Counted from the first letter of the stretch, positions 17,839 to 28,287 are shown. The stretch: 64,000 nt of DNA from Thermoproteota archaeon (GCA_026986575.1 JALSOH010000006.1:320001-384000), one strand, 5' to 3'. The notes: generated by a model from the letters alone, not told the origin. Made by a program: numbers and translations.

Positions 17839-18610
17839 CTCCCTCGCCCCCTTTCCTCCTAACAAACCTCAACGCGTATCTAGGATCCCCTAGGTAGGCG
17901 GTTATCACCTCCGGGTTGTTGGCAACCTCCTCAGGGGTACCTTCGGCAATCTTCCAGCCGAAATGCAGTACCACTATCCTATCTGCGATGTTCATCACTG
18001 CATGCATCACATGCTCTATCATTATGATGCTCAGGTCCCTCTCCTCCTTTACCTTCTTTATGATCTCAAGGGCCTCCTCTACCTCCTTAGGGTTCAGACC
18101 AGCCAGCACCTCGTCGAGCAGAAGCAGCTCCGGTTCAGCGGAGAGGGCCCTAGCCAGCTCCAGCATCTTCTTCTGCCTGAGCGTCAGCTTCACGGCGAAC
18201 TCCTCGGCCTTCTCTGCTAAACCTACCAGCTCCAAGGACTGATAAGCGATTTCCTTAGCCTCTCCTATGGTTATCTGGTGGGCTCTCTTCCCGAAGAGCG
18301 CCCCTACCATGGCGTTTTCCAGTACTGTCATGTCATTGAACGGCTTCACTATCTGGTGGGTCTTAGCTATCCCCTTCCTGGTGATGACGTGGGGTGGCTT
18401 GCCCGTTATGTCCTCCCCCTTGAATATGACTCTACCCTCGTCTGGCTTGTAGACACCGGTTATGACGTTGAAGAGCGTGGTCTTCCCGGCTCCGTTAGGA
18501 CCTATGAGTCCTAAGATCTCCCCCCTCTTCATAGAGAAGGTGACCTTGCTGTTGGCGACTAATCCACCGAACCTCTTCGTGACATTCTCAACAACCAAAA
18601 TATCCTCCAT
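17825..18610 (-). CDS. livG: Branched-chain amino acid ABC transporter ATPase
   Basis: GPNGAGKTT, LLLDE.LAGLN, IEH.M, IAEGTPEEV..NPEV..AYLG. Confidence 0.93.
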   Translation of the reverse strand: MEDILVVENVTKRFGGLVANSKVTFSMKRGEILGLIGPNGAGKTTLFNVITGVYKPDEGRVIFKGEDITGKPPHVITRKGIAKTHQIVKPFNDMTVLENAMVGALFGKRAHQITIGEAKEIAYQSLELVGLAEKAEEFAVKLTLRQKKMLELARALSAEPELLLLDEVLAGLNPKEVEEALEIIKKVKEERDLSIIMIEHVMHAVMNIADRIVVLHFGWKIAEGTPEEVANNPEVITAYLGDPRYALRFVRRKGGEGDGSS

Positions 18611-18624
18611 TCCATCCCCTCCTC

Positions 18625-19638
18625 CTACTCCAGAAGGTCTCTCAACCTCACTCCCTTCACTTTATACTTCCTAAGGAGCCCTATGAGTCCCTCAGGGAAG
18701 AATAGGACCACTATAGCCACTATGATTCCCAAGATGATCAGGTTCACGCCCGGGTAGTGCACTAATAGGAGGTCGTAGAGCTCGAAGTATATCAATGAAC
18801 CCACAACGGGTCCCAATACAGTTCCCAGCCCCCCTATAACTATCATGACTATCATGTCTATGCTGTGTCCCAAGTTGAAAAGGGTCTCGTCCACGCCTCC
18901 ACCATTGAGCGAGAATAGAGCACCCACCATTCCCGCGAAGAACCCAGCTAGGGTGAAGGCTATTATCTTGAACATAGTGGTGGGAACTCCCAATACCTCG
19001 GCAGCATCTTCATCCTCCTTTATAGCCGTCAGTCCCACGCCGAAAGGCGACTTCCTGATGTAGTAGTTCACGGCCAGCAGGATGATCAGGGTCAGGAACA
19101 TGGCGTTGAACACCACATCCTTCTCCACTATCTTGTCAGCTGGCAGGATTATCTGGGCTCCGAAGAACTGCTCCGGATTAAGCTCAGGCACTATGGCCTT
19201 CATCAGATAGAGGGCTGTGAAGTCCAATCCTATGGTAGCGATGGCGAAGAAGGCGCCTCTGAGCCTTAGCACCGCAGCTCCAACACTGGCAGCTATGACA
19301 GCTGCGAAGAGGCCAGCGAGCACGGCGACCAAGAATGCTCCGAGACCGAAGCCCATATTCTGGAGTTGGGCTAAGGGTTTGACGAAGTACACTAAGAGCA
19401 CGTAGGCGTAGCCTCCCAGTCCCAAGAACACAGCATGTCCGAAGCTCACGTAGCCAGCGAATCCCATGATTATGTTTAGCGAAAGAGCGATACCCATGAA
19501 GTACATGATGGTCATCAACGTGTCTAGGGTACTCATTCCCAGTATCCTTGCGATGAGTATCCCGAGCACCACGAACACGATCACTATGAGTGTGGGGCTC
19601 TTGAGGTAGTGGGATAGAGTGCTCTCCTTACCGGTCAT
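18625..19638 (-). CDS. livM: Branched-chain amino acid ABC transporter permease
   Basis: G.AGYVSFGHA, LRLRGAFFAIAT, AIKEDEDAAEVLG, IGGLGT..GP. Confidence 0.9.
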   Translation of the reverse strand: MTGKESTLSHYLKSPTLIVIVFVVLGILIARILGMSTLDTLMTIMYFMGIALSLNIIMGFAGYVSFGHAVFLGLGGYAYVLLVYFVKPLAQLQNMGFGLGAFLVAVLAGLFAAVIAASVGAAVLRLRGAFFAIATIGLDFTALYLMKAIVPELNPEQFFGAQIILPADKIVEKDVVFNAMFLTLIILLAVNYYIRKSPFGVGLTAIKEDEDAAEVLGVPTTMFKIIAFTLAGFFAGMVGALFSLNGGGVDETLFNLGHSIDMIVMIVIGGLGTVLGPVVGSLIYFELYDLLLVHYPGVNLIILGIIVAIVVLFFPEGLIGLLRKYKVKGVRLRDLLE

Positions 19639-19639
19639 C

Positions 19640-20566
19640 TCACCTCTTCCTCCCGAATATTCCCTCGGGCTTGAACAGCAGGATCAGTATGAGGACTATG
19701 AAAGCTGTGGACAGGGCTACCGGGTCACTGATCCTCGGATTGAATATGGATACCACGACTTTAGACAGGCCATAAATTATTCCTATTATGATGCCGGCGA
19801 CCAAAGATCCAACCACGCTACCGAGTCCTCCGAGTACCACGACTACGAAGCCGAGAGGAGCGTATTTGTACGCTATCTCCGGGGTCACTGATGCCTCGAA
19901 TAGGAGGACCATGAACCCTGAGAAGACAGTTAAACCTATCCCCAAGACTGTGGTAAGCAGCTTTATCTTCACGGGATTGATCCCGACTAGAGAGGCTGCT
20001 TGAGCGTCCTGCATGACCGCCCTTATGGACTTGCCAAGTATTGTCCTGTCTAAAAAGAGGTAGACGATTGTAACGCTTATCAGAGCGAGAGCATCTGCAA
20101 GCAGGATGTTTGTTCTGATAGTCGTTCCCAGAACCCTTATGAAGGGAAGGCCTATGCTCCAGAGACCGAAACCCCTAGGTTCGCTCCCGAAGATGTAATA
20201 ATAGAAATTGAGTAAGGCTATGCTCAACGCGAACATGGCCAGCAGGGTAGACATCTCTATCTTCAGCGTTATCTTCTCTACCTTGCCCACCAGCTTGTGG
20301 AGAAGCGCCCAATAAATCAGGAATCCGGCGGCTAGTCCCACTAGTAAGGCCACTAAACCGCCTATCAAGGGGCTTATGCCGTATTGCGAGAACAGGACTA
20401 TCGCCACATAAGATCCCATCAGTATTGCCTCTCCCTGAGCCAAGTTCACTACTTTCATGACCCCCCACAGTAGGGTGAGTCCCACGGCAGCGAATCCTAG
20501 GATTATGCCCCACAGGAAACCGTTAACCAGGTTAATCGCAAGGATCGACACATCCATAACGACCAC
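19640..20566 (-). CDS. livH: Branched-chain amino acid ABC transporter permease
   Basis: GLTLLWGVMKVVNLAQG, RAV.QD..AA.L.GIN, VVVLGGLGS, KPEGIFG. Confidence 0.9.
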   Translation of the reverse strand: MVVMDVSILAINLVNGFLWGIILGFAAVGLTLLWGVMKVVNLAQGEAILMGSYVAIVLFSQYGISPLIGGLVALLVGLAAGFLIYWALLHKLVGKVEKITLKIEMSTLLAMFALSIALLNFYYYIFGSEPRGFGLWSIGLPFIRVLGTTIRTNILLADALALISVTIVYLFLDRTILGKSIRAVMQDAQAASLVGINPVKIKLLTTVLGIGLTVFSGFMVLLFEASVTPEIAYKYAPLGFVVVVLGGLGSVVGSLVAGIIIGIIYGLSKVVVSIFNPRISDPVALSTAFIVLILILLFKPEGIFGRKR

Positions 20567-20597
20567 CCAAAAATAAGGGGGAAGAGGGGAAGAAGAC

Positions 20598-21974
20598 TTA
20601 CCTCTTGTACCAGTTCTCGGCTGGGTATATTGGGCTAGCCTGAGCCGCCTCCGGCGGATAAACTATCTTCTTCTCACCGGCCTGCCACTGCACGACCACC
20701 ATCTGGTGGCCCACCTGCAGTCCGGTGGCTGGATCTATCTTGAGCCTTCCGAAGAAGGTCATCATGTCCACTTTGTTGAAGGCCGCCCTGACGGCGTCAG
20801 AGTCTAGGCTCCCAGCGACTTCTATCGCCCTAGCTAGGTGCAGTATGGCGGCAGTAGCCTCAGCAGCATGGTAGTCCGGCATGCCTCCTCCAGAGATCTC
20901 CTTGTACATCTGTATGTACTCCTCATTGGTGGGCCCGAACCACTCTATTCCGAGCTTCTTGGCAGCCTCAGGACTGTACTTGACTCCTATCTCCCACTGG
21001 GCAGGATACATCACGCCATTGGCTGCTTCTTTCAACTGTTCCTTGAATTGAGCTAACGCGGGTGCTACTATGATGCCTATACCCTTCAGCTTCCATCCGA
21101 GCTGCCAGGCCTGCTGCACTAGCGCAGTTCCATCGGCGAAGTGACCACCGCCGAGGAGTACATCAGCGCCAGCGGCCATGGCTTCGTTTATTATGGATCC
21201 GAACTCGGTGGCTCCCTTCTCATAGGGCTTCTCGTAGACTAACTTGAGGCCTTTCTTTTGAATTTCATCCTTAGCTCCCTTGGCTACGGTTGCGGCAAAT
21301 GCAGCATTCTCATATATTAGAGCTATCTTGGCATTCGGATCCTTCTCGGCTATGAGATCGACCACGCTCCTCAGGTAGGTGGTAGCGGGACTCAAGGTCT
21401 GTACCACGTACTTGTAACCCTGTTGGAAGATGGAGTCGCTCGCACCTCCGTGGCTTACCATGACTATCTTGTTCTGCTCTGCAACTGGAGCGGCAGCCTT
21501 AGTCAGACCGGATGAGTACGGGGCTAGCAGGAAGTTCACCTTATCCTCAGTTATCAGCTTACTGTAGAGCTCCGGTACTCTCTGGCTGCTGCTTTCGTCG
21601 TCATAGTACTTCAGTTCAACCTTGTAAACCTTGTCTCCAACCTTTATTCCTCCATGCACCTCGTTCAGCCACTTTATAGCGACCTTAAATCCGTTCAGAG
21701 CGTACTCTCCCTCATGGGCGAATTTGCCCTTCAGGGAGATCGTGGTACCTATGTAGATAGTGCCAGCGAATCCCATTGGTTTCTGAGTGGTGGTTGGGGT
21801 GGTGGCCTGGGCTGCAGGGGTAATTGTCTTGGTGACCGTGACAACCTTGCTTTTGGTGACAGTAGTTGTGACCACCTGTCCGGGTGAAGACATCGCGATT
21901 GCGGCGCCCACGATAAGGCCTATTACTAAGAACGCTATCGCGGTCACATACTTGGAAACTCCATACCTCTTCAT
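20598..21974 (-). CDS. livK: Branched-chain amino acid ABC transporter substrate-binding protein
   Basis: N-terminal membrane anchor, Thr-rich linker, type-1 periplasmic binding motifs (YYDDES, LLAPYSSG); operon context. Confidence 0.88.
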   Translation of the reverse strand: MKRYGVSKYVTAIAFLVIGLIVGAAIAMSSPGQVVTTTVTKSKVVTVTKTITPAAQATTPTTTQKPMGFAGTIYIGTTISLKGKFAHEGEYALNGFKVAIKWLNEVHGGIKVGDKVYKVELKYYDDESSSQRVPELYSKLITEDKVNFLLAPYSSGLTKAAAPVAEQNKIVMVSHGGASDSIFQQGYKYVVQTLSPATTYLRSVVDLIAEKDPNAKIALIYENAAFAATVAKGAKDEIQKKGLKLVYEKPYEKGATEFGSIINEAMAAGADVLLGGGHFADGTALVQQAWQLGWKLKGIGIIVAPALAQFKEQLKEAANGVMYPAQWEIGVKYSPEAAKKLGIEWFGPTNEEYIQMYKEISGGGMPDYHAAEATAAILHLARAIEVAGSLDSDAVRAAFNKVDMMTFFGRLKIDPATGLQVGHQMVVVQWQAGEKKIVYPPEAAQASPIYPAENWYKR

Positions 21975-21995
21975 GGGAAGTACCTCCCTTTTCAC

Positions 21996-22329
21996 ACAAG
22001 ACGTGCGGGAAGGGTGCTATTACGTGCTCTGGAACGCTTACTTATAAATACTGCCTTATCGTGAACATTAATTAAGATGATTAACTCGTTCTTTTGTAAG
22101 AAAAAATAACATTTCTACTCATTCAATTAAAAACTCTTAATTTCCCAGTTGCACAATACCGGTTGTCAAGCCTCACTAAACCTGCCGTCAACCGGCTTAT
22201 TTCCTAGGAGCGAGATGAAGTATTTTACCTCATTGAGACCAGTATAATAGAACACTTTAAAGAATGATCATACGTGATCCCCACCAACGCTTAATAGAAT
22301 CTATACGCATCACGGGCTGGTAGGCTGCC
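21996..22329. promoter_or_regulatory. AT-rich divergent promoter region (liv operon / manC-like)
   Basis: Long AT-rich intergenic tract with TATA-like TTATAAAT (~22042) and inverted repeat CCGGTTG...CAACCGG (~22159-22195). Confidence 0.5.
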
Positions 22330-23697
22330 ATGAAGATAGCTATGATCTTGGCTGGTGGTTTCGGAACTAGACTCTGGCCGCTCAGCCGGAAAGAATATCC
22401 AAAACAGTTTGCTAAGGTTCTAGGTGATCTTTCCACCTATCAGCAGGCCCTCAAACGGGCCACCATCGTGGCCGATGATGTAATGATAGTCACGTCTGAG
22501 ATGTACAAGTATCAAGTGATAGGTCAGGCTAGGGAGATGGACATAGATCTGGACGAGGAGAAGGTCATTTTAGAGCCTGATAGGAAGGATACGGCGCCCG
22601 CTATCTACTACGGACTCATGAGAGCTATGGACCTGTTCGGCTCCTCCATCGATGTGACGGTCTTCCCGTCAGATCACATGATCCTGAATGAGTCGGAGTT
22701 GTTTAGAGCACTCTCTTCGTCCCTCAAGTCCGCGGAGCATGGAAGGATATCCCTCATCTCCGTTCCTCCATCGAAGCCCGAACCCGGGTTCGGTTACATA
22801 AAAGCTGGGAGGGAACTCGATGAGGGAGTTTACGAGGTAGAGAAGTTCGTCGAGAAGCCAGGGGTTGAGCGAGCGAAGGAGATGTTGAAGGAGGGGAACT
22901 GGTTCTGGAGCACCATGATCATGTCTTTCAAAGCCCATATCATGGTGAAGGTCATTGAAGAGAATCTACCTGGGGTTTCGGAGCCCTTCAAAAGATTTGA
23001 TGATCCAAAGGAAGCATACAGGAACGTTCAGAAGGTAGATGTTAGCTCGGGCGCGCTGGCCAAGGTGCCGCACCTGCTATCCATCGTTCCCACTAAGAAT
23101 TTAGGATGGAGCGACCTAGGAAGCTTTGAGTCGATATACGAACTTCTTGATAAGGATGACAAGGGAAACGCCATAAACGGACGTGTGAAGCATGCTAGAT
23201 CTGATGGAAATCTGGTACTGTCGAAGAGATTGGTTGCCTTGGTCGGAGTCCGGGACATGATTGTGGTGGACGACGAGGACGCCATTCTCGTAATGCCCAA
23301 GGGAAGAGGCCAAGAGCTCAGGGAACTCGTCGAAGCCATGCTCAAGGAGAATGTGCCTGAGGTGCTGAGACACAGAGTGACCTACGAGCCATGGGGAACT
23401 AAGACGACTCTCCTCAGGGGGGAGGGTTATGAGGTGAGCAGGCTGAGGATTTATCCGGGGAAGGGGTTCGGACCTAGAAAGCACTATCACAGGAGCATCT
23501 ACTGGCAGGTGCTCACCGGAACTGCCAGAGTCATGGTCAACGGGGAGAAGAGGATAATAACAAGGGGAAAGGGAGCAGAGGTACCTGTGGGGTACTCGTA
23601 CACGCTGGAGAATCCTGGGAAGATCCCCTTAGACATAATAGAGATTGCCACAGGAGAGTACTTGGGGAGCGACGACGTGGACGAATCAGGTTTTTAA
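22330..23697 (+). CDS. manC: Mannose-1-phosphate guanylyltransferase with C-terminal cupin (PMI-like) domain
   Basis: LAGGFGTRLWPLSR..PKQF, EP..KDTAPAI, PSDH, FVEKP, WSDLGS, EPWG. Confidence 0.9.
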   Translation: MKIAMILAGGFGTRLWPLSRKEYPKQFAKVLGDLSTYQQALKRATIVADDVMIVTSEMYKYQVIGQAREMDIDLDEEKVILEPDRKDTAPAIYYGLMRAMDLFGSSIDVTVFPSDHMILNESELFRALSSSLKSAEHGRISLISVPPSKPEPGFGYIKAGRELDEGVYEVEKFVEKPGVERAKEMLKEGNWFWSTMIMSFKAHIMVKVIEENLPGVSEPFKRFDDPKEAYRNVQKVDVSSGALAKVPHLLSIVPTKNLGWSDLGSFESIYELLDKDDKGNAINGRVKHARSDGNLVLSKRLVALVGVRDMIVVDDEDAILVMPKGRGQELRELVEAMLKENVPEVLRHRVTYEPWGTKTTLLRGEGYEVSRLRIYPGKGFGPRKHYHRSIYWQVLTGTARVMVNGEKRIITRGKGAEVPVGYSYTLENPGKIPLDIIEIATGEYLGSDDVDESGF

Positions 23698-23721
23698 CCT
23701 TGACTTTGGGGAAGAGGAGGA

Positions 23722-24924
23722 ATGGCCTCAGAGGATGAGCCAAGGAACGTAAGGGATATCTTGGTAGAGATGAAGGATGCATCTGAGTTCGCCTTGAGCC
23801 TCGCATACGCCTCTCTAATGTACCAAGACAGGGAGTTGGCTGAGGAGGTCTTGGGTCTGGAATCTGAGCTCGATGAACTGAGATATAACCTCTTCAAGAC
23901 GACGATCGTCGCCGGCAGATCTCCTAAGGAGGCTGAGGAGCTCGCTGCCCTGTTGGATATAGGCATAGCTGTGGACGAGATATCGGATGCAATGGCTGAC
24001 CTTGTGAGACTGGTCCTCAAAGGATATCCCGTCCATCCCGCCTTAAGCTGGATGCTCTACACCGCAGAGGAGATCATAGGACTCGTGAGGATCGAGGAAG
24101 CGTCTCCTTTAATATCCATGAGGGGAGAGGACCTGTACGATCCCGCGAACATGGCCGGCTGCGAGGTACTCGCTGTCAAGAAGAAGGGAAGATGGATATT
24201 TGATGTTCCTCCCGACTTGGAGCTTGAAGTAGGGGACCTACTTCTGCTGGAAGGCACAAAGGACAGCATAGAGACGGCTAGGGCTTTGGCTCGGGGAGAG
24301 AACTCCAAGCCTGTGGTACCAGAGAAACCATTGGAGAAGGTCGATGAGGCCTCTAAAGAGATAGCTGAGAGGCTGAACAGTATGAAAAGCCTATCGGAAC
24401 TCGCAATATATCTCGCCTATGCCTCCATCCTCTATAACAATCCGGCTATGGCTTCTGAAGTATCTAGGCTGGAAGACGAGCTCGATGAACTGGAAGACGA
24501 GCTCTTCGCTAAGGTGATCACGGACCTCCTCCCTAGCTCGCGGCCCGAGGAAGTTATACCACTGATAAGGGCAGCATCAGCATCTGAAAGGTTGGGAGAT
24601 GCGGCCTCTAGGATGGCCCTAATAGTGGAGAGAGGAGTTCCAGCTCATCCGGTCTTGGAGATCGTAGTGGAGGAAAGCGAGGATACTGTGGTGAGGGTAG
24701 CACTGAGGGAGGACAGCGAGGCCGTGGGATGGAAGATAGGGGATCTAGACCTAGAGGAGAAGACAGGCATGTGGATACTTGCGATAAAGAGGGGAGTTAG
24801 GTGGATATACGCACCTAAGGACGAGGAGATCCTAAGAGAGGGCGATATCCTAATCCTGACCGGCCCGAAAGAGGGTGTGGAGGACGCAATAAAAGTGTTA
24901 GGAGGGGAACTGCTGGAGGATTGA
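23722..24924 (+). CDS. Tandem PhoU + TrkA-C (RCK_C) domain protein
   Basis: Two repeats of MK..SE.A..LAYAS..Y...LA.EV..LE.ELDEL, each followed by an RCK_C-like segment (LA.K+G.RWI..P). Confidence 0.8.
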   Translation: MASEDEPRNVRDILVEMKDASEFALSLAYASLMYQDRELAEEVLGLESELDELRYNLFKTTIVAGRSPKEAEELAALLDIGIAVDEISDAMADLVRLVLKGYPVHPALSWMLYTAEEIIGLVRIEEASPLISMRGEDLYDPANMAGCEVLAVKKKGRWIFDVPPDLELEVGDLLLLEGTKDSIETARALARGENSKPVVPEKPLEKVDEASKEIAERLNSMKSLSELAIYLAYASILYNNPAMASEVSRLEDELDELEDELFAKVITDLLPSSRPEEVIPLIRAASASERLGDAASRMALIVERGVPAHPVLEIVVEESEDTVVRVALREDSEAVGWKIGDLDLEEKTGMWILAIKRGVRWIYAPKDEEILREGDILILTGPKEGVEDAIKVLGGELLED

Positions 24925-24936
24925 AGATCAGATTCC

Positions 24937-25818
24937 CTAGGAGCCCTTTTTCTTTCTTATCTCCTCTATCAGCCTAGGGACCACCTCATAAAGATCCGCC
25001 ACAACAAAGTAGTCGCTCACCTCTGATATGGGAGCATCAGGATCTGTATTTACCGATATGACCGTTTCTGCGTCTCTGAAACCGACCACATGCTGTATCT
25101 GGCCAGAGATACCCAAAGCTAGGTAGATCCTCGGCTTCACTCTCACACCGGTCATTCCAACGTGCCTCTCCTCCGGCAGCCACTTAAAGTCCGCAGAGAT
25201 GGGCCTGGTGCACGCGATCTCCGCGCCTAGAAGGGATGCTAACTCCCTTATCATCTCTAGATCTTCCTTCTTCTTGAGGCCCCTGCCAACGGACACGATT
25301 ATCTCAGCCTTTGAGAGGTCGACCTCCGCCTCCCTCTCCCTCCTCTCGAGTAAATTGATCCTCGGGGAACAATCTACCTTCAGCTCCTCTACTGCCAAGG
25401 GGTCTCCACCCTCGGAAATAGGCTCAAATGCATCTAGGTCCACAGTGATGACGGCAGGGAGAGGAACCTTCAGCTTCTCAATGCCTCTCCCGCTGAACAC
25501 CATCCTCGATATTACCAACTGACCACTTAGCTCGAGCTCTTGGGCATCTGAAAGGTAAGAAATCCTTTTGCGAGCTGCTACCCTAGCTCCTATCTCCTTG
25601 AAGTCCCTCGTTGAGGGAAGAAGCATCAGGTCGAATTCCCTTTCACTCAAGGCGCTGGTCCAGCAGTCGTTAAGAGTCAGATCAGCAACTACAAGCTTGT
25701 CAACTGGTACAGAGACCCTGTCAGTACTTACAGCCTCAATGACCTCGGGGGACAGGGACTTAGCGGCACTAACCAGCTTGGGCAAATTGGACGGGTCGGA
25801 GGCCACAATTACCTTCAT
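24937..25818 (-). CDS. etfA: Electron transfer flavoprotein alpha subunit
   Basis: AEIIVSVGRG, CTRP, VGMTG..V.P..Y.A.GISGQIQHVVG, NTDPDAPI. Confidence 0.92.
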   Translation of the reverse strand: MKVIVASDPSNLPKLVSAAKSLSPEVIEAVSTDRVSVPVDKLVVADLTLNDCWTSALSEREFDLMLLPSTRDFKEIGARVAARKRISYLSDAQELELSGQLVISRMVFSGRGIEKLKVPLPAVITVDLDAFEPISEGGDPLAVEELKVDCSPRINLLERREREAEVDLSKAEIIVSVGRGLKKKEDLEMIRELASLLGAEIACTRPISADFKWLPEERHVGMTGVRVKPRIYLALGISGQIQHVVGFRDAETVISVNTDPDAPISEVSDYFVVADLYEVVPRLIEEIRKKKGS

Positions 25819-26585
25819 CAGATCACCCCCTTCTCCTCTAGGACTTTCACTATTCTATCTACCACCTCGTCCACGCTTCCCTCGATCTTCTCCTTCTTCC
25901 TCTCCCTCACGTAAGCCTTAATCTCTACCAGCTCGATGGGTGGAAACTTTAGATCAAGTTCGGAGGCATCTACCGAGCTCCTCTCCTTCTTGCTGGCCTT
26001 CATTATCTGGAGGACCGTCGGGATCCTAGGCTCGTTGATCTCCGAAGTTACTGAGATGACCGCAGGGAGCGGAACTTCCGCGACCTCGAAGCCCCCTTCC
26101 AAGTATCTCTCAACAACTAACTTGTTCTCCTTCACCTCTAGCCTCCCCACGAATGTCGCCACCGGAAGGGATAGCATCTCGGCGATCATCGCTGGCAGGG
26201 CACAGCTGTACTGATCGGAGGAGCCTTCCCCGCACACCACGAGGTCGGGTTTGATCCCATCCACCTCCAGAGCTTTTACTATGGCTTGAGCTGTCCTGTA
26301 GGGGTTATGTCCTTTAACGGCATCTCCCTCCACGAGTAGAGCTCTATCTGCCCCCATAGCGAGGGCCTCCTTCAAGATAGCCTCATCGAAGGGCCCTGTA
26401 ACAACAACAGCCAGTGTAACTCTTCCACCAAGCTCCTCCTTTATCTTGACGGCCTCTTCGATCGCGTTCCTGTCTATATCACTTATCTTCACGGGGGCCT
26501 GATCCACTAGGAGGCGATCTCCCTCCGCAGGCATCTGGGTCTCATCGTAAACCAACTTGACGCATGCCACGACCTCCAAGGGCAT
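25818..26585 (-). CDS. etfB: Electron transfer flavoprotein beta subunit
   Basis: CVK.V.D, D.NAIEEA, ALAMGAD, CGEGSSD, INEPRIP. Confidence 0.92.
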   Translation of the reverse strand: MPLEVVACVKLVYDETQMPAEGDRLLVDQAPVKISDIDRNAIEEAVKIKEELGGRVTLAVVVTGPFDEAILKEALAMGADRALLVEGDAVKGHNPYRTAQAIVKALEVDGIKPDLVVCGEGSSDQYSCALPAMIAEMLSLPVATFVGRLEVKENKLVVERYLEGGFEVAEVPLPAVISVTSEINEPRIPTVLQIMKASKKERSSVDASELDLKFPPIELVEIKAYVRERKKEKIEGSVDEVVDRIVKVLEEKGVI

Positions 26586-26602
26586 CCCCGAACTCCAGCT
26601 GG

Positions 26603-26649
26603 GTTTATTTTTTAAACATAAGATAGTTTATTTTTTTAAACATAAGATA
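26603..26649. repeat. Tandem duplication of a 23/24-nt AT-rich unit upstream of etfB
   Basis: GTTTA(T6)AAACATAAGATA followed directly by GTTTA(T7)AAACATAAGATA. Confidence 0.9.
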
Positions 26650-26673
26650 GGGTGAGATCTTTAATCGAATGGT

Positions 26674-27675
26674 TCAGGAGGGAAGGACCCTCCACAACTC
26701 ATCCATCACCGGCTCACTGACATCCTCCACCATACCGTTGGTTCTAACGAGCCTCATCCCTTCCTCTCTCTCCGTTAACCTGCCTATTATGGAGGCCTCT
26801 ACTCCTCCCCTCCTGAGCTCACTGACCAGCTTGTCTGCCTTCTCTTCGCTCACGGATATGAGGAGGCTCCCAGAGCTTATCAACCTCAAAGGATCTACCT
26901 CCAGCGCTTCGCACACAGCGAGCGTTTCTTCCCTCAGGGGTATGCTCTCCTCATATATTACGAACCCGTTTCCTGAGGCCAGAGCCATCTCTTGGACTCC
27001 CCCGATCAGTCCACCCTCTGTAGGATCGTGCATCGCCCTAGCAAAGTTGGCAGCTAACATGGCATCCCTCACAACGCTTATCTCCCTTATGAACCGAGAT
27101 GCTCTGTCTAGAATATGGGAATCCACGCCCTTCTCCTCTAGGAGATCTCTCAGCTCGGTAGCTAGGATGGCGGTCCCTTCCAATGCAGCGGCTTTGGTCA
27201 GGACGAGGGAGTCGCCCTCCTTGGCATCCCTTGTGTTGAGAACAATCCCGCCGGTTCCCATGGCCGTAGTCACCACTATGTTAAATGGAAGCCCGGGGGT
27301 GATTTCTGTATGGCCTCCGATCACCACGGCACCTATCTCCCTAGCCGCTTCCCCTACCTGATCTACTAGCTCAGAGATCTCGCTATCATTCACGCCATCC
27401 CTGAAGAGCAGAACTATGAGCAGCCACTTAGGCCTCAGACCTCTCGTCGCTATGTCGTTGGATGCCACATACACAGAGAGCCAGCCAGCTAGCTTACCGC
27501 CTCCTGTCACAGGATCTGAGTGTACAGCCAGCAGAGGTTCTTTCACCTCAAGTATAGCAGCATCTTCTCCCAAGGAAGGGCCTAGCAGGACCCCGTCACC
27601 TTCGATCGGTAGTTTCCCTACGATGCTTCTGAAAAGGAAGTCTGGGGGGAGTTTTCCCCTATGTTTCACAACCAT
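26674..27675 (-). CDS. AIR synthase-related (PurM/HypE-like) protein
   Basis: GEDAA, HSDP.TG, NDIA..G..P, GGHTE, AMHDPTEGG, DPL..ISSGSLL. Confidence 0.85.
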   Translation of the reverse strand: MVVKHRGKLPPDFLFRSIVGKLPIEGDGVLLGPSLGEDAAILEVKEPLLAVHSDPVTGGGKLAGWLSVYVASNDIATRGLRPKWLLIVLLFRDGVNDSEISELVDQVGEAAREIGAVVIGGHTEITPGLPFNIVVTTAMGTGGIVLNTRDAKEGDSLVLTKAAALEGTAILATELRDLLEEKGVDSHILDRASRFIREISVVRDAMLAANFARAMHDPTEGGLIGGVQEMALASGNGFVIYEESIPLREETLAVCEALEVDPLRLISSGSLLISVSEEKADKLVSELRRGGVEASIIGRLTEREEGMRLVRTNGMVEDVSEPVMDELWRVLPS

Positions 27676-28187
27676 TCCCCTAACGCCCTCCTGATGACGG
27701 GGGCGAGCAGGTAGGAGAAAACTATTCCCGATACTGCTTGGAATGTGTTACCTGGCACCTCCTGAAGGGCTCCTCCCAAGCCGTAGAGGTACCATTCCAC
27801 TACAAAGTAACCAGCTACCATCTCAGCGCCAGCAACTGCTAAGATGAGCAACGAAGTCACCTTGCCCTTCCCCTTGGCAATGCCCGCTAGGAATCCCTCT
27901 ACACCCTTTATCACCAAAGTAAACGGTGCCCAGTGACCGTATCCACTCAACAGGTCCGCTAAGGCCGAGCCTATTCCGCCCGAGAGGGATCCCACCACGG
28001 GTCCGAAAAGGATCCCCGAGAGCATTACGATGGTATCTCCTAGGTTAATGTAACCTTGAGTCGCTGGTGTGGGGACTTGGATCACCATCGTGGCTACTGC
28101 CGCCAGAGCAGCCATGACACCAACGATTGCAACGCCCCTAGATGAAGCGATGCTCGGAGAGACCCTAGCACCGACCTCTTCCCCCAT
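27666..28187 (-). CDS. ECF transporter substrate-specific (S) component
   Basis: P.PAT.GYINLGD, GGIGSALADL..GY..WAPFTLVIKG.EG, PGN.FQ. Confidence 0.88.
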   Translation of the reverse strand: MGEEVGARVSPSIASSRGVAIVGVMAALAAVATMVIQVPTPATQGYINLGDTIVMLSGILFGPVVGSLSGGIGSALADLLSGYGHWAPFTLVIKGVEGFLAGIAKGKGKVTSLLILAVAGAEMVAGYFVVEWYLYGLGGALQEVPGNTFQAVSGIVFSYLLAPVIRRALGEWL

Positions 28188-28287
28188 GGTCAAGTTCTCA
28201 CCCAAAGGGCCCGTTTCATGTTTCAGTTAAACCGGTTATTGAACGTTGTAGTTCTTCGGCACATCCAAATAAATGCTTAAATAATTC

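Noticed and set aside
21996-22329. Possible ncRNA or replication origin in the AT-rich gap (also 36595-36811)
   Set aside because: No convincing C/D box pair, ORB repeats or adjacent cdc6; divergent promoters explain it adequately
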